A stretch of 64,000 nt of DNA, taken from Gemmatimonadales bacterium (lineage in GTDB: Bacteria; Gemmatimonadota; Gemmatimonadetes; Gemmatimonadales; Gemmatimonadaceae). Positions 54,935 through 63,362 of this stretch are shown here, piece by piece; within the stretch, counting starts at the first letter, position 1, and each line of letters starts with the position of its first letter. The translations under genes were made by a program, and so were the position numbers. The stretch is taken from assembly GCA_038253885.1 (NCBI GenBank), contig JBBSGP010000009.1, forward strand, positions 19,105 through 83,104, read 5' to 3'. The notes beneath the pieces were generated by a model. That model saw only the letters and a program-made list of their open reading frames with translations. It had not been told where the DNA came from and ran no database searches.

Positions 54935-55669
54935 TCAGCGCTCCGTGTTCGACAGGGTGAGGGAGGTGAGGATTGTGTGCTCTCGACGGGAAAGCGCGCG
55001 CGTGCGACCCGGCTCGAGCGTCCCGAGGGTCACGGGCCCGAACCGTATTCGCACGAGGCGTTCCACGTCGAGGGACAGCTCGGCACAGAGGCGCCGGATC
55101 TCGCGATTGCGTCCCTCGGCAATCGTGATCGAGAGTGCCCAGCGACCGCCACCCATCGACTCGGCGCTGGCCGCGGTCGCCGTGAGCGGACCGTCCTCGA
55201 GCTGCACTCCCCGCACCGCACGGCGCGCCGCGTCCACGGCCGGACCGCGAACGGTCGCGACATATTCGCGCTCGATCTCTCGGCTGGGATGGGTGAGCGC
55301 GTGCGCGGCGGCACCGTCGGTGGTGAACAGGAGCACACCCTCCGTGAGCAGGTCGAGCCGGCCGACGTAGGTCAGTCCCGGGACGGCCGGCACGAGCTCG
55401 AACACGGTCGGCCGCCCTCGGGGATCGGATCGCGTCGTCATGACGCCGGCGGGCTTGTTGAGAACGATCCATCGCGTGATCGTCGGCTTCCCGATGGGGG
55501 CGCCATCCACGGCGATGGCGTCGCGCTCGGGAGAGACGACCTGACCCACATGCGCCGGCGCTCCGTTGACGGTGACGCGTCCCGCGGCCACGAGCTGCTC
55601 GGCGGCGCGGCGCGATGCGATCCCGGCACGCGCGATCGCGCGCTGGATGCGCATCGCCCCTCCGGTCAC
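54935..55669 (-). CDS. rluB: pseudouridine synthase, RsuA/RluB family (S4 domain + catalytic domain)
   Basis: S4 domain: [30 protein letters not shown]. Catalytic Asp motif: [16 protein letters not shown]. Also REYVATV. GTG 55669 overlaps the scpB stop (GTGA). Confidence 0.85.
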   Translation of the reverse strand: MTGGAMRIQRAIARAGIASRRAAEQLVAAGRVTVNGAPAHVGQVVSPERDAIAVDGAPIGKPTITRWIVLNKPAGVMTTRSDPRGRPTVFELVPAVPGLTYVGRLDLLTEGVLLFTTDGAAAHALTHPSREIEREYVATVRGPAVDAARRAVRGVQLEDGPLTATAASAESMGGGRWALSITIAEGRNREIRRLCAELSLDVERLVRIRFGPVTLGTLEPGRTRALSRREHTILTSLTLSNTER

Positions 55670-56208
55670 GCCGGCTTCGGGCTGGACCGGAGCGCGATGG
55701 CCAGCTCGTCGGCTCGCGGCAGCTCCTCGAGATGGCGCAGCGCGAACTGCTCGAGGAAGAATGACGTCGTGCCGTACAGCAGCGGCCGCCCTATTCCCTC
55801 GGCGCGTCCCACGACGTCGATCAGCCCGCGCTCGAGCAGCGTCTTGAGCATGCCGCCCACGGAGACGCCGCGAATCTCCTCGATCTCGCCGCGACCCAGA
55901 GGCTGCCGGTAGGCGATGATCGCCAGCGTCTCGAGGGCGGCGGATGAGAGGCGAGCCGGACGCGTTGCGAGCTGCGCCCGCTCGATGGTCTCGGTGTACT
56001 CGGGCCGGGTCAGGATCTGCCAGCCCCCGCCGATCTCCACGAGCTCCACGCCGTGTCCTTCGGAGTCGTAGTGGCCACGCAGCTCGTCGAGCGCCATCTG
56101 GACCGCGGCCGGGGAGCTATCGTCGTCGAGGGCGGAGAGCTCCTCCAGCGCCAGCGGGCGGCCGCTGGCGAACAACGCCGCCTCAAGCAGCTTCGCCAGC
56201 GATGTCAC
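55666..56208 (-). CDS. scpB: segregation and condensation protein B
   Basis: [18 protein letters not shown]...[16 protein letters not shown]...[29 protein letters not shown]. Confidence 0.88.
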   Translation of the reverse strand: MTSLAKLLEAALFASGRPLALEELSALDDDSSPAAVQMALDELRGHYDSEGHGVELVEIGGGWQILTRPEYTETIERAQLATRPARLSSAALETLAIIAYRQPLGRGEIEEIRGVSVGGMLKTLLERGLIDVVGRAEGIGRPLLYGTTSFFLEQFALRHLEELPRADELAIALRSSPKPA

Positions 56209-57082
56209 GCGAGATCTCGACCGAGGCGAAGGGATGCTGCTGGGCGAGCCGGAGCTCGCCCCGCCGGGCCAGCTCCAGCAGGGCCAGCAACGCCGAGAGC
56301 ACCTGCCACGGTGCGGCGTCGCGGACCACGACGTCCTGCCAGCGCGCGCTCGCCCTCATGAGCAGTACGCGCCGGATCCGATCGATCGCGCCATCCACAT
56401 CGAGAGCGCGCGGCACCAGATCGTGAACCTGCGGCTCACGCGCCAGACGGAGGATGCGGTCCACCGCCGACAGGAGCTCGGGAAGCGAGAGAGCCAGAGG
56501 CGCGACGGCGGGCGCCGGCTCCTGGGGAAGGTAGCCGCGCGCAAAGCGCTCGCGCCGTTCCTCGCCGTATCGCTCCAGGAGATCCACGACTTCACGCATC
56601 TGCTGATACTCCAACAGGCGGCGTACCAGCTCGGCGCGGGGATCTTCCCAATCCTCCTCGCCGGTGGGCCGCGGGAGGAGCATCTGGATCTTGATGCGGA
56701 GCAGTCGCGCCGCCATCTCCAGGTACTCGGCGGCCTCCGAGAGGCCGAGCGAGTGAATCCGAGCCACGAATTGCTCGGCGATGCGCGCGATCGGGATGTC
56801 GGCGATGTCCACCTGCTCGTCCCGGATGAGCACGAGCAGGAGCTCGAGGGGCCCGGAGAAATGATCGAGCTCGACGACGAAGCTGGAGGGCAGGTCGACC
56901 GCCATGGCTCCCGCGCCGGCGCTCAGAGCGCCCACCGACTCGGCGTGCGGAAGGGCTCGGCTGGAAGGAGCTGGTGCGTGTCGTCCACGGGCCGTGTCGG
57001 AAGAGAAAATGGCGTTGTCGGGGGTAAGGTAGCGGCCCTCCGGAGTGAAGTCAAAGCCAAGTGGCGCCTTGACATCCGCCAT
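56183..57082 (-). CDS. scpA: segregation and condensation protein A
   Basis: [38 protein letters not shown].... The first ~60 codons have weaker third-position GC than neighbouring genes, so ATG 56905 is a plausible alternative start. Confidence 0.82.
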   Translation of the reverse strand: MADVKAPLGFDFTPEGRYLTPDNAIFSSDTARGRHAPAPSSRALPHAESVGALSAGAGAMAVDLPSSFVVELDHFSGPLELLLVLIRDEQVDIADIPIARIAEQFVARIHSLGLSEAAEYLEMAARLLRIKIQMLLPRPTGEEDWEDPRAELVRRLLEYQQMREVVDLLERYGEERRERFARGYLPQEPAPAVAPLALSLPELLSAVDRILRLAREPQVHDLVPRALDVDGAIDRIRRVLLMRASARWQDVVVRDAAPWQVLSALLALLELARRGELRLAQQHPFASVEISRDIAGEAA

Positions 57083-57143
57083 GTGGCGGTCTAGCTTTCC
57101 GCGCTCGTACGCCCCCCCGCATCAGGTCACCGGAGAGCCCGTC

Positions 57144-57371
57144 GTGCCGAATATCGCGTCCGCGAAGAAGAACATGCGGAAGTCCCGCGCCGCGGCCGTG
57201 CGGAACCGAGCGCAGCGCTCGGCACTGCGCACTGCCCTCAAGAGAGCGAGAAGCTCCGAAGCGAGCGGCGAGGACAAGCGCCGCGCCGTGCAGCTGCTCG
57301 ACCGGGCAGCGCGCAAGAATCTGATCCACCGGAACACCGCCGCCCGAAACAAGAGCGCGCTGGCGAGGTAG
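57144..57371 (+). CDS. rpsT: 30S ribosomal protein S20
   Basis: (M)[34 protein letters not shown]...[16 protein letters not shown] 57144 was chosen because the family begins at xNIxSAKK. Confidence 0.88.
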   Translation: MPNIASAKKNMRKSRAAAVRNRAQRSALRTALKRARSSEASGEDKRRAVQLLDRAARKNLIHRNTAARNKSALAR

Positions 57372-58229
57372 TCACAGAGCCGCGAGCTCGGCTCCGCAAC
57401 GCTCGCAATACCATTCCGTGGGGTAGTTGAGAGTTCCGCACTCCTGGCACTTGAGCGTCTTCACCTGCTCCGGTGGGACGTCCTTGAGGAAGGCCGGAAC
57501 CGATTCGCGCGTCTCGCGCGAGCGCACCTCGGGAATCGGGGGCGCGGCCCGCGGTGGCTCCACCGGCGTCGGCATGCGAGCGGGCTGGGGTGCGGCGGCC
57601 GAGGGGAGCGCCCTTGCCGTCCGGGTGGTGGCTTCGCCCGAGCTCTCCTCGTCCGACGCCCCACTCAACGATTTCAGAAACTCGAGCTCATCGAATCCCG
57701 CTCCAGCAGATCCGGCGCGATCCCCGTTCGTGCCAGCGTCGGTTGGCTCCCGGTCGTGTGCCGGCTGCGGCCCCGATGTGCGGGCGGGCGCCGGCTCGAC
57801 GAGCTCGAGGACCGAGCGCAGCCGCGTCAGTTCTCCCGTCAAGGACTCGCGCTCCATGTTGATGGCGGCCAGCGCCTGCTGACACCGATCGATCTGCTCG
57901 TCGCACGCCTCGGGACTGAACTCGCCGACAGCCGCACGCAACTCGGCCTCCGCCAGCTCGTCGCGATGCTTCACCTCATCGATGTCCAGCGAGGTGAGTC
58001 GGTCGCCGAGCACCTTCTCCATCTCCTCGATGACGGCGGTGTGAGACACCAGCTGCTCGATGACGCGCTGCAGCCGCGCGGTATAGTCCGCGTGCACGCG
58101 CTCATAGACGTGGGGAGCGGTGGCCGATTTTTTCGCTTCCAGCCCCGCCAGCCATTGCTCGTACCGCTGGCGGTCGAGGAAGAGCGTCGCCACCGCCTGC
58201 TCCGAGTTCTCTATTCCGGTATTGGTCAT
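57372..58229 (-). CDS. coiled-coil protein with a disordered linker and a C-terminal zinc ribbon
   Basis: 285 aa. The N-terminal ~140 aa are heptad-like helices, followed by a Pro/Ala/Ser-rich linker. The last 30 aa read LKCQECGTLNYPTEWYCERCGAEL (a CxxC...CxxC pattern). ATG 58229 overlaps the upstream ORF's stop (ATGA). Confidence 0.65.
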   Translation of the reverse strand: MTNTGIENSEQAVATLFLDRQRYEQWLAGLEAKKSATAPHVYERVHADYTARLQRVIEQLVSHTAVIEEMEKVLGDRLTSLDIDEVKHRDELAEAELRAAVGEFSPEACDEQIDRCQQALAAINMERESLTGELTRLRSVLELVEPAPARTSGPQPAHDREPTDAGTNGDRAGSAGAGFDELEFLKSLSGASDEESSGEATTRTARALPSAAAPQPARMPTPVEPPRAAPPIPEVRSRETRESVPAFLKDVPPEQVKTLKCQECGTLNYPTEWYCERCGAELAAL

Positions 58230-58366
58230 CCTTCTCTCCGCCTCAGCGACGGCGACGGACAGCCGGGATATGCTCCCGGTACTCCCGCCCGGTCACGAGC
58301 CGCCACCACCGCGGCGACATCGCCCGCCGACAATTCATTAACGCGCCCTAACAATCGTGCTGTCAT
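58226..58366 (-). CDS. 46-codon ORF that looks like the detached C-terminal helix of the upstream class II aldolase
   Basis: MTARLLGRVNELSAGDVAAVVAARDRAGVPG.... Its ATG overlaps the aldolase TGA (ATGA), and its own TGA overlaps the next gene's ATG (ATGA). See the finding for 58226..58917. Confidence 0.35.
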   Translation of the reverse strand: MTARLLGRVNELSAGDVAAVVAARDRAGVPGAYPGCPSPSLRRREG

Positions 58367-58917
58367 AGGATTCTGGCCGTATGCTCCAAACTTTCCATGC
58401 GCTGGTGGGCGATCAACAACGATGGGCCGGTGGTCACGGCGCCGTGGTTGGCCATCAGAAAGGCGTCGTGATCCGCGAGGAAAGGCTCGAAGCGGTCGGC
58501 AAGCGCCTCCGTTCCCGGTGTGGCGTATGGCACGAGCGGCACCCATCCCATCTGAAAGATGACCTCTGGCAAGACACACGTCGAGAACGATTCTCCCGCC
58601 ACCGCGAAACCGGTCGCGGTAGGAGGATGCGCGTGCACCACCGCCCGAACGTCCGCCCGCCGCCGATAGATCCGCAGATGGACGGCGATCTCCGATGATG
58701 CATGTCGGCCCCCGCGAATCCGCTCGCCCGCGAGCGTCAGCTCCACCAGATCGCCCACCTGAACGTTCACCTTCGACATTCCCGCCGGAGTCACCAGAAC
58801 GCGATTCGCATCGAGCCGCACCGACACGTTTCCATCCGGACCCGCGATGAGTCCGCGCTCGTAGAGACGCCGACACACATCCACCACCTCGCGTCGCGCG
58901 CTCAGTGAAGCTGTCAT
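58363..58917 (-). CDS. class II aldolase/adducin-family protein (FucA/MtnB-like), C-terminally short
   Basis: ERGLIAGPDGNVSVRL...VLVTPAGMSK...SSEIAVHLRIY...AVVHAHPPTATGFA...MANHGAVTTGPSLLIAHQRMESLEHTARIL-stop. ATG 58917 lies 1 nt after the pyrC stop. It is 184 aa, whereas I recall the family as usually longer, about 210 aa. Confidence 0.8.
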   Translation of the reverse strand: MTASLSARREVVDVCRRLYERGLIAGPDGNVSVRLDANRVLVTPAGMSKVNVQVGDLVELTLAGERIRGGRHASSEIAVHLRIYRRRADVRAVVHAHPPTATGFAVAGESFSTCVLPEVIFQMGWVPLVPYATPGTEALADRFEPFLADHDAFLMANHGAVTTGPSLLIAHQRMESLEHTARIL

Positions 58918-58918
58918 G

Positions 58919-60202
58919 TCACGCTGTGAGGTGATGCACCACCCGTCCCCCGACGATCGTGCAGAGCGCGCGCCCGTGCAGCGTTCGGCCCGCGTACGGC
59001 GTATTCCTCCCCTTCGACAGAAAGCGCGCCGGATCGACGGTCCACTCGATGCGCGGATCGAACACCGTGATGTCCGCCATGTCTCCCACCGCCAGCGTTC
59101 CACCCGCCAAGCCGAACGCACGCGCAGGTGCGATGGACATGCGCTCGATCAGCGTGGCGTAATCGATGATCCCCGGATCCACCAGCTCCGTCACCAGAAG
59201 CGCCAGGGCGGTCTCGAGCCCGACGATCCCGAAGGGCGCGTCGGCAAACTCCCGCTCCTTGGCGTCATAGTGGTGCGGGGCGTGGTCGGTGGCGATCAGA
59301 TCGATCGTCCCGTCCCTCACAGCCTCGCGGAGCGCCTGGACATCGGCAGCGCGCCTTAGCGGCGGGTTCATCTTGGCGTGGGTGTCGTATCCTTCCACTT
59401 CGTCTTCCGTGAGCGTCAGGTGATGCGGCGTCACTTCGGCTGTCACGTTGATTCCGCGCTCCTTGCCCCACCGAATCAGCTCCACCGACCCGCTGGTGCT
59501 CATGTGAGCGAGATGAACGTGGCCTCCGGTGCGGCGCGCGAGCAGGATGTTTCGGATCACCATCACCTCTTCCGCTTCGGCCGGGATCCCGCGAAGCCCC
59601 AGCCGAGCGCTGAGGAGTCCCTCGTTCATCGAGCCGCCGGCCGCCAGCGTCCGCTCCTCGCAATGATCGATCACCGGAATGCCGAAGGTCTGGGAGTACT
59701 CCAGAGCGGTGCGCATGAGCTGCGCACTGACCACGGGCTGGCCGTCGTCGCTCACGGCGACGGCTCCGGCGCCGACCATCTCGCCGAACTCGGCCAGTGC
59801 TTCGCCCTTCTGCCCCACCGACACGGCGCCTATGGGATAGACGCGGGCGGCATTCGCTCGCAACCCCTGACGAATGACGAAGCCCACGGCGGCCTGATTA
59901 TCCGTGACGGGCTCGGTGTTCGGCATGGCGCACACCGCGGTGAAGCCGCCCGCCGCCGCGGCGCGAGCGCCGCTCGCGATCGTCTCCACGTCCTCCCGCC
60001 CCGGCTCGCGGAGATGGCAGTGAACATCGATGAAGCCGGCCGAGACGATGGCGCCGGCGCAGTCGATCACCCGCGCCGCGCCGGCATCGACGCTGCCGCC
60101 GATTCTCGCGATGCGCCCATCATCGCCTACCAGCAGATCGCCCGTCTCATCCATCCGGCGCGAAGGATCGACCAGTCGTCCGCCTCTGAGAAGGGTGGCC
60201 AC
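58919..60202 (-). CDS. pyrC: dihydroorotase
   Basis: GFIDVHCHLREPG...FTAVCAMPNT...HLAHMST...TAEVTPHHL...IATDHAPH. The start is GTG 60202, directly after the pyrB TAG. Confidence 0.92.
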   Translation of the reverse strand: MATLLRGGRLVDPSRRMDETGDLLVGDDGRIARIGGSVDAGAARVIDCAGAIVSAGFIDVHCHLREPGREDVETIASGARAAAAGGFTAVCAMPNTEPVTDNQAAVGFVIRQGLRANAARVYPIGAVSVGQKGEALAEFGEMVGAGAVAVSDDGQPVVSAQLMRTALEYSQTFGIPVIDHCEERTLAAGGSMNEGLLSARLGLRGIPAEAEEVMVIRNILLARRTGGHVHLAHMSTSGSVELIRWGKERGINVTAEVTPHHLTLTEDEVEGYDTHAKMNPPLRRAADVQALREAVRDGTIDLIATDHAPHHYDAKEREFADAPFGIVGLETALALLVTELVDPGIIDYATLIERMSIAPARAFGLAGGTLAVGDMADITVFDPRIEWTVDPARFLSKGRNTPYAGRTLHGRALCTIVGGRVVHHLTA

Positions 60203-61174
60203 CTAGTGCTCTCCACCGCCCTTGGCGGCCTCGGCGAGCTCCGGCCTGCCACCCGCCAGCAGATAGAGCACCGCCATGCGAACGGCGACACCATTCGTCA
60301 CTTGCTCGAGAATGACGCTGTGGGGGCCATCGGCCACATCCGAATCGATCTCGACGCCTCGGTTCATCGGACCGGGATGCAGAATGAGGATCTCGTGGTC
60401 GGCCCGGTCGAGTCGCTCGCGGGTGACGCCGAAGACGCGGTTGTACTCGCGGAGCGATGGGATGAAGCCAGCCGTCATGCGCTCGAGCTGCAAGCGCAGG
60501 ATGTTCAGCGCCTCGGCCCACTCGATGGCCTCCTCCACCCGCCGGAACACCTTCACGCCGAGCTCATCGATGGCGTTGGGCAGGAGCGATCGGGGTCCGC
60601 AGACCCCCACCTCCGCCCCCATCTTCTTCAGCCCCCACAAATTGGAGCGCGCCACGCGCGAGTGCAGCACGTCACCGACGAGACACACGCGACGACCGGT
60701 GAGCGTCCCCAGATGGTCGCGGAGGGTCAGCAGGTCCAGCAGCCCCTGGGTCGGGTGCTCGTGCATCCCGTCGCCCGCGTTGATGACGCTCGACTCGATC
60801 CGCTCGGCGAGAAATTGCGCGGCTCCCGACGCCCCGTGACGTATCACCACCATGTCGATGCGCATCGCCTCGAGGTTCCGGGCCGTATCCACCAGCGTCT
60901 CTCCCTTCGAGACGCTGGACGCCGATGTCGCGACGTTGACGGTATCCGCCGACAGGCGCTTCTCGGCGAACTCGAACGAGATGCGCGTGCGCGTCGAGGC
61001 CTCGAAGAAGAGATTCACGATCGTCTGGCCACGGAGTGCCGGCACCTTCTTGATGGCGCGCTCGCTGATCTCCTTGAACGGCTCGGCGGTGTCGAGGATG
61101 AGCCCGATCTGCTCCGCGCTGAGAGGCTCGAGGCCGAGCAGGTCCTTGCCGAGTGGGGTTCCCGCCAGCGTCAC
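60203..61174 (-). CDS. pyrB: aspartate carbamoyltransferase catalytic subunit
   Basis: [14 protein letters not shown]...VIRH...[13 protein letters not shown]...[10 protein letters not shown]...[14 protein letters not shown] 61174 overlaps the pyrR stop (GTGA). Confidence 0.93.
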   Translation of the reverse strand: MTLAGTPLGKDLLGLEPLSAEQIGLILDTAEPFKEISERAIKKVPALRGQTIVNLFFEASTRTRISFEFAEKRLSADTVNVATSASSVSKGETLVDTARNLEAMRIDMVVIRHGASGAAQFLAERIESSVINAGDGMHEHPTQGLLDLLTLRDHLGTLTGRRVCLVGDVLHSRVARSNLWGLKKMGAEVGVCGPRSLLPNAIDELGVKVFRRVEEAIEWAEALNILRLQLERMTAGFIPSLREYNRVFGVTRERLDRADHEILILHPGPMNRGVEIDSDVADGPHSVILEQVTNGVAVRMAVLYLLAGGRPELAEAAKGGGEH

Positions 61175-61737
61175 TCGCGCTCGCCCCGCTTCACCAGCAC
61201 GACAGCGTCCCGTCCATCGAGCTCCTGCACGAGAACGTCCACCCGATCGCGACGCTCGACCTGCACGGTTTTCCCGACGACGTCCGCATGGATCGGCAGC
61301 TCGCGGCCGCCCCGGTCCACCAGGACGGCCAGCGCGATGCGAGCGGGACGGCCGAAGTCGGCGAGCTCGTCGAGTGCCGCGCGCACCGTGCGGCCGGTGT
61401 ACAGGACATCGTCCACGATGACGACGCGCTTTCCCTCGAGGTTCCACGGGAGCTGCGTCGGGCCCACGACCGGACGGGGCCCCACAGTCTGGAGATCATC
61501 TCGATAGAGGGTGATGTCCAACGCGCCCCGGGGCAGCGACGTTCCTTCCCGCTCGTTGATCACGGCGACGATGCGGTCGGCCAGCTGAACGCCGCGCCGC
61601 TGAATTCCCACGACGATCAGATTGTCCGTCCCGTTCGTCAGCTCGACGATCTCGTCCGCCATGCGCTTGAGCGTGCGATCCATGGCGCGCGCGTCGAGAA
61701 TCGTGCTCGGGTTGTCGGTGGGAGGGGGGGGGGGCAT
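61171..61737 (-). CDS. pyrR: bifunctional pyrimidine operon regulator / uracil phosphoribosyltransferase PyrR
   Basis: [16 protein letters not shown]...LDITLYRDD...[18 protein letters not shown] (the PRPP motif)...[13 protein letters not shown]. Confidence 0.92.
   Translation of the reverse strand: MPPPPPTDNPSTILDARAMDRTLKRMADEIVELTNGTDNLIVVGIQRRGVQLADRIVAVINEREGTSLPRGALDITLYRDDLQTVGPRPVVGPTQLPWNLEGKRVVIVDDVLYTGRTVRAALDELADFGRPARIALAVLVDRGGRELPIHADVVGKTVQVERRDRVDVLVQELDGRDAVVLVKRGERE
61724..61734. repeat. 11-nt G (plus strand) / C (coding strand) homopolymer directly after the pyrR start codon
   Basis: The plus strand reads ggtgggaGGGGGGGGGGGcat. On the coding strand this is ATG CCC CCC CCC CCT CCC, giving MPPPPP. 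Confidence 0.95.
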
Positions 61738-61962
61738 CGGCCGCCAATATGTCGTTGAGGGAAGCTGAGAAGGGCGTCTGTACGCGCCGTGTCCGGCCGC
61801 GTGACAGCCAGCGGCCGGCGCGTAATATATCGTATCCCTGCCTCATTGCGGCGCGTCGAATCCCACCCGACCTTTCAGCGAATCAACGGCGGACCGATAA
61901 TTCTGTACGTCCCTCCGCTCGCGCTCCTCGCTTGTCCCCCCTCGTTACCGCCCGGAGCATCG

Positions 61963-62826
61963 ATGTCGCTCGTCTCCCGCCTGGCCGCGCTCGGCGTGGC
62001 GATTCCCATCACCGCCGCTTCGCTGCCGGCCCAGAACGACAGCCTCTCTCCAGGTCTAGCTCGGAAGCCGGACCTCTCCATCGCCAGCATCCGGACGGGC
62101 ACGTCGCTGGGTCGTGAGGCATACGTGCTGGGCTACCGCCGCTCGGTGAAGGTCGCGTGCCTGGCGAGAGTGAGTGACGCGCCCGCCGCCGTGCTGCGGG
62201 ATTCGCGAGCGACAATCATCGCGCTGGAGGAGGGAGAACGGCTCCAGGTGGAAGCAGCCCTCGACTCGGCCTTTCTCGAGCTGACGCGCACTGGCGGCTG
62301 CTCGACGCTGACGCGCCCAACGCGCCTCGTCGTCGTGGACAGCTTCGAAGGGCAACCCTGGAACGCTCCCGTTCGAGCGGTCGGCTCGCCGGACAGGGGT
62401 CGCTACACGGACGAGGGACTGCTCGCTCTGTCGCGGCAGGCGAAGGTTCGCGGTGTTCGCGGAGAGGCGGTGTTCAACTTCACGGCGATCAAGGGCAGCG
62501 AGCGGCTGGTCACCGGACTGTACCGTTTCCCGGTCCACGCGGGCGGGGGTGAGTGCGCCGCGCGGTGGAGCGTGCTGGAGGCAGAGCTGCTCGAGCGCTA
62601 TCCTACCTTGCGCCCGAAGCGTGAGATGCTACTCGCTGCGGCGGGCGACAGCGCACGTGGTGGGGCGGGCGGGCAGTGCGAATCCTTCGCGAGGAGCGGC
62701 GGTCGGTGGAGCACTCTGTTCCGCAATCCGGATACCGACGCGCTCGAGGTGGCGATGTACATGCATCGGGCCGCGGACGGCAGCCTCGCGATCAGCGTGG
62801 AATATCCCGGCTACACCATTCGCTGA
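61963..62826 (+). CDS. hypothetical secreted protein
   Basis: 287 aa with signal peptide MSLVSRLAALGVAIPITAASLPAQ. I recognise no family. The ORF-track start at 61789 is trimmed to ATG 61963. Confidence 0.55.
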   Translation: MSLVSRLAALGVAIPITAASLPAQNDSLSPGLARKPDLSIASIRTGTSLGREAYVLGYRRSVKVACLARVSDAPAAVLRDSRATIIALEEGERLQVEAALDSAFLELTRTGGCSTLTRPTRLVVVDSFEGQPWNAPVRAVGSPDRGRYTDEGLLALSRQAKVRGVRGEAVFNFTAIKGSERLVTGLYRFPVHAGGGECAARWSVLEAELLERYPTLRPKREMLLAAAGDSARGGAGGQCESFARSGGRWSTLFRNPDTDALEVAMYMHRAADGSLAISVEYPGYTIR

Positions 62827-62845
62827 GGAACGAGGCAACGATGTC

Positions 62846-63343
62846 GTGATGGTCGAGCCGATCGTCGGGCTCCTCCTCGCGACCCTCTGGTCGCCCGCCG
62901 CCTCCTTGCCGGTGCCGGTTGGGCTGGGCGCCGCAATCCAGGCGCGCGCCGATTCGGTGACTGCTCACATCCGCAGCTCGACCTGGATGCAGTTGACGCT
63001 CGACATCGATTATTCCCATCGCTCCATTGCCGACAGCGCCACACTCACGATCCGCTGGTACAAGAAGAACGGCAGCACCCTTCCCTTCACGACGTCGGCC
63101 ACACGCGTCGGGCCAGGCACGGGACGGATCGCGCTCGACGCGCACTATCAGGGCGTGCTCGGCCCGCCGGTGCTCATCCGCATGCGCGCTCTCCTGCAAG
63201 GGCGAGGAGGGCGGGTGCTCGCACGACAGGAATGCGCGCTCGTCCTCGTCACCGCGCAGGGCAAGACGGCGTGGGCAGGTGACCTCGCTCCGGGCCGGCG
63301 CGGCGGGCTGCGATGGCGCGCCCGACGCTGCGTCGCAGGTTGA
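62846..63343 (+). CDS. hypothetical protein, possibly secreted
   Basis: This is the 3' part of ORF 62453..63343, taken after the previous gene's stop. It starts at GTG 62846 or ATG 62849 with a hydrophobic N-terminus (MVEPIVGLLLATLWSPAAS). No family recognised. The coding call is weak. Confidence 0.4.
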   Translation: MMVEPIVGLLLATLWSPAASLPVPVGLGAAIQARADSVTAHIRSSTWMQLTLDIDYSHRSIADSATLTIRWYKKNGSTLPFTTSATRVGPGTGRIALDAHYQGVLGPPVLIRMRALLQGRGGRVLARQECALVLVTAQGKTAWAGDLAPGRRGGLRWRARRCVAG

Positions 63344-63362
63344 ACACCGCGAGCGCTCGCGC

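Noticed and set aside
58363-58365. The TGA ending the aldolase frame, considered as a second selenocysteine codon.
   Set aside because: Reading through gives only four more codons (QHDC) before a TAG. The homologous C-terminal helix is in a different frame, so recoding as Sec does not rescue the protein.
61783-61822. A GC hairpin (CCGGCCGC-N10-GCGGCCGG) in the pyrR leader, considered as a PyrR-binding attenuator.
   Set aside because: There is no U-tract after it on the pyrR strand. I could not find the PyrR binding-loop consensus (UCCAGAGAGG-like) anywhere in 61738..61962.
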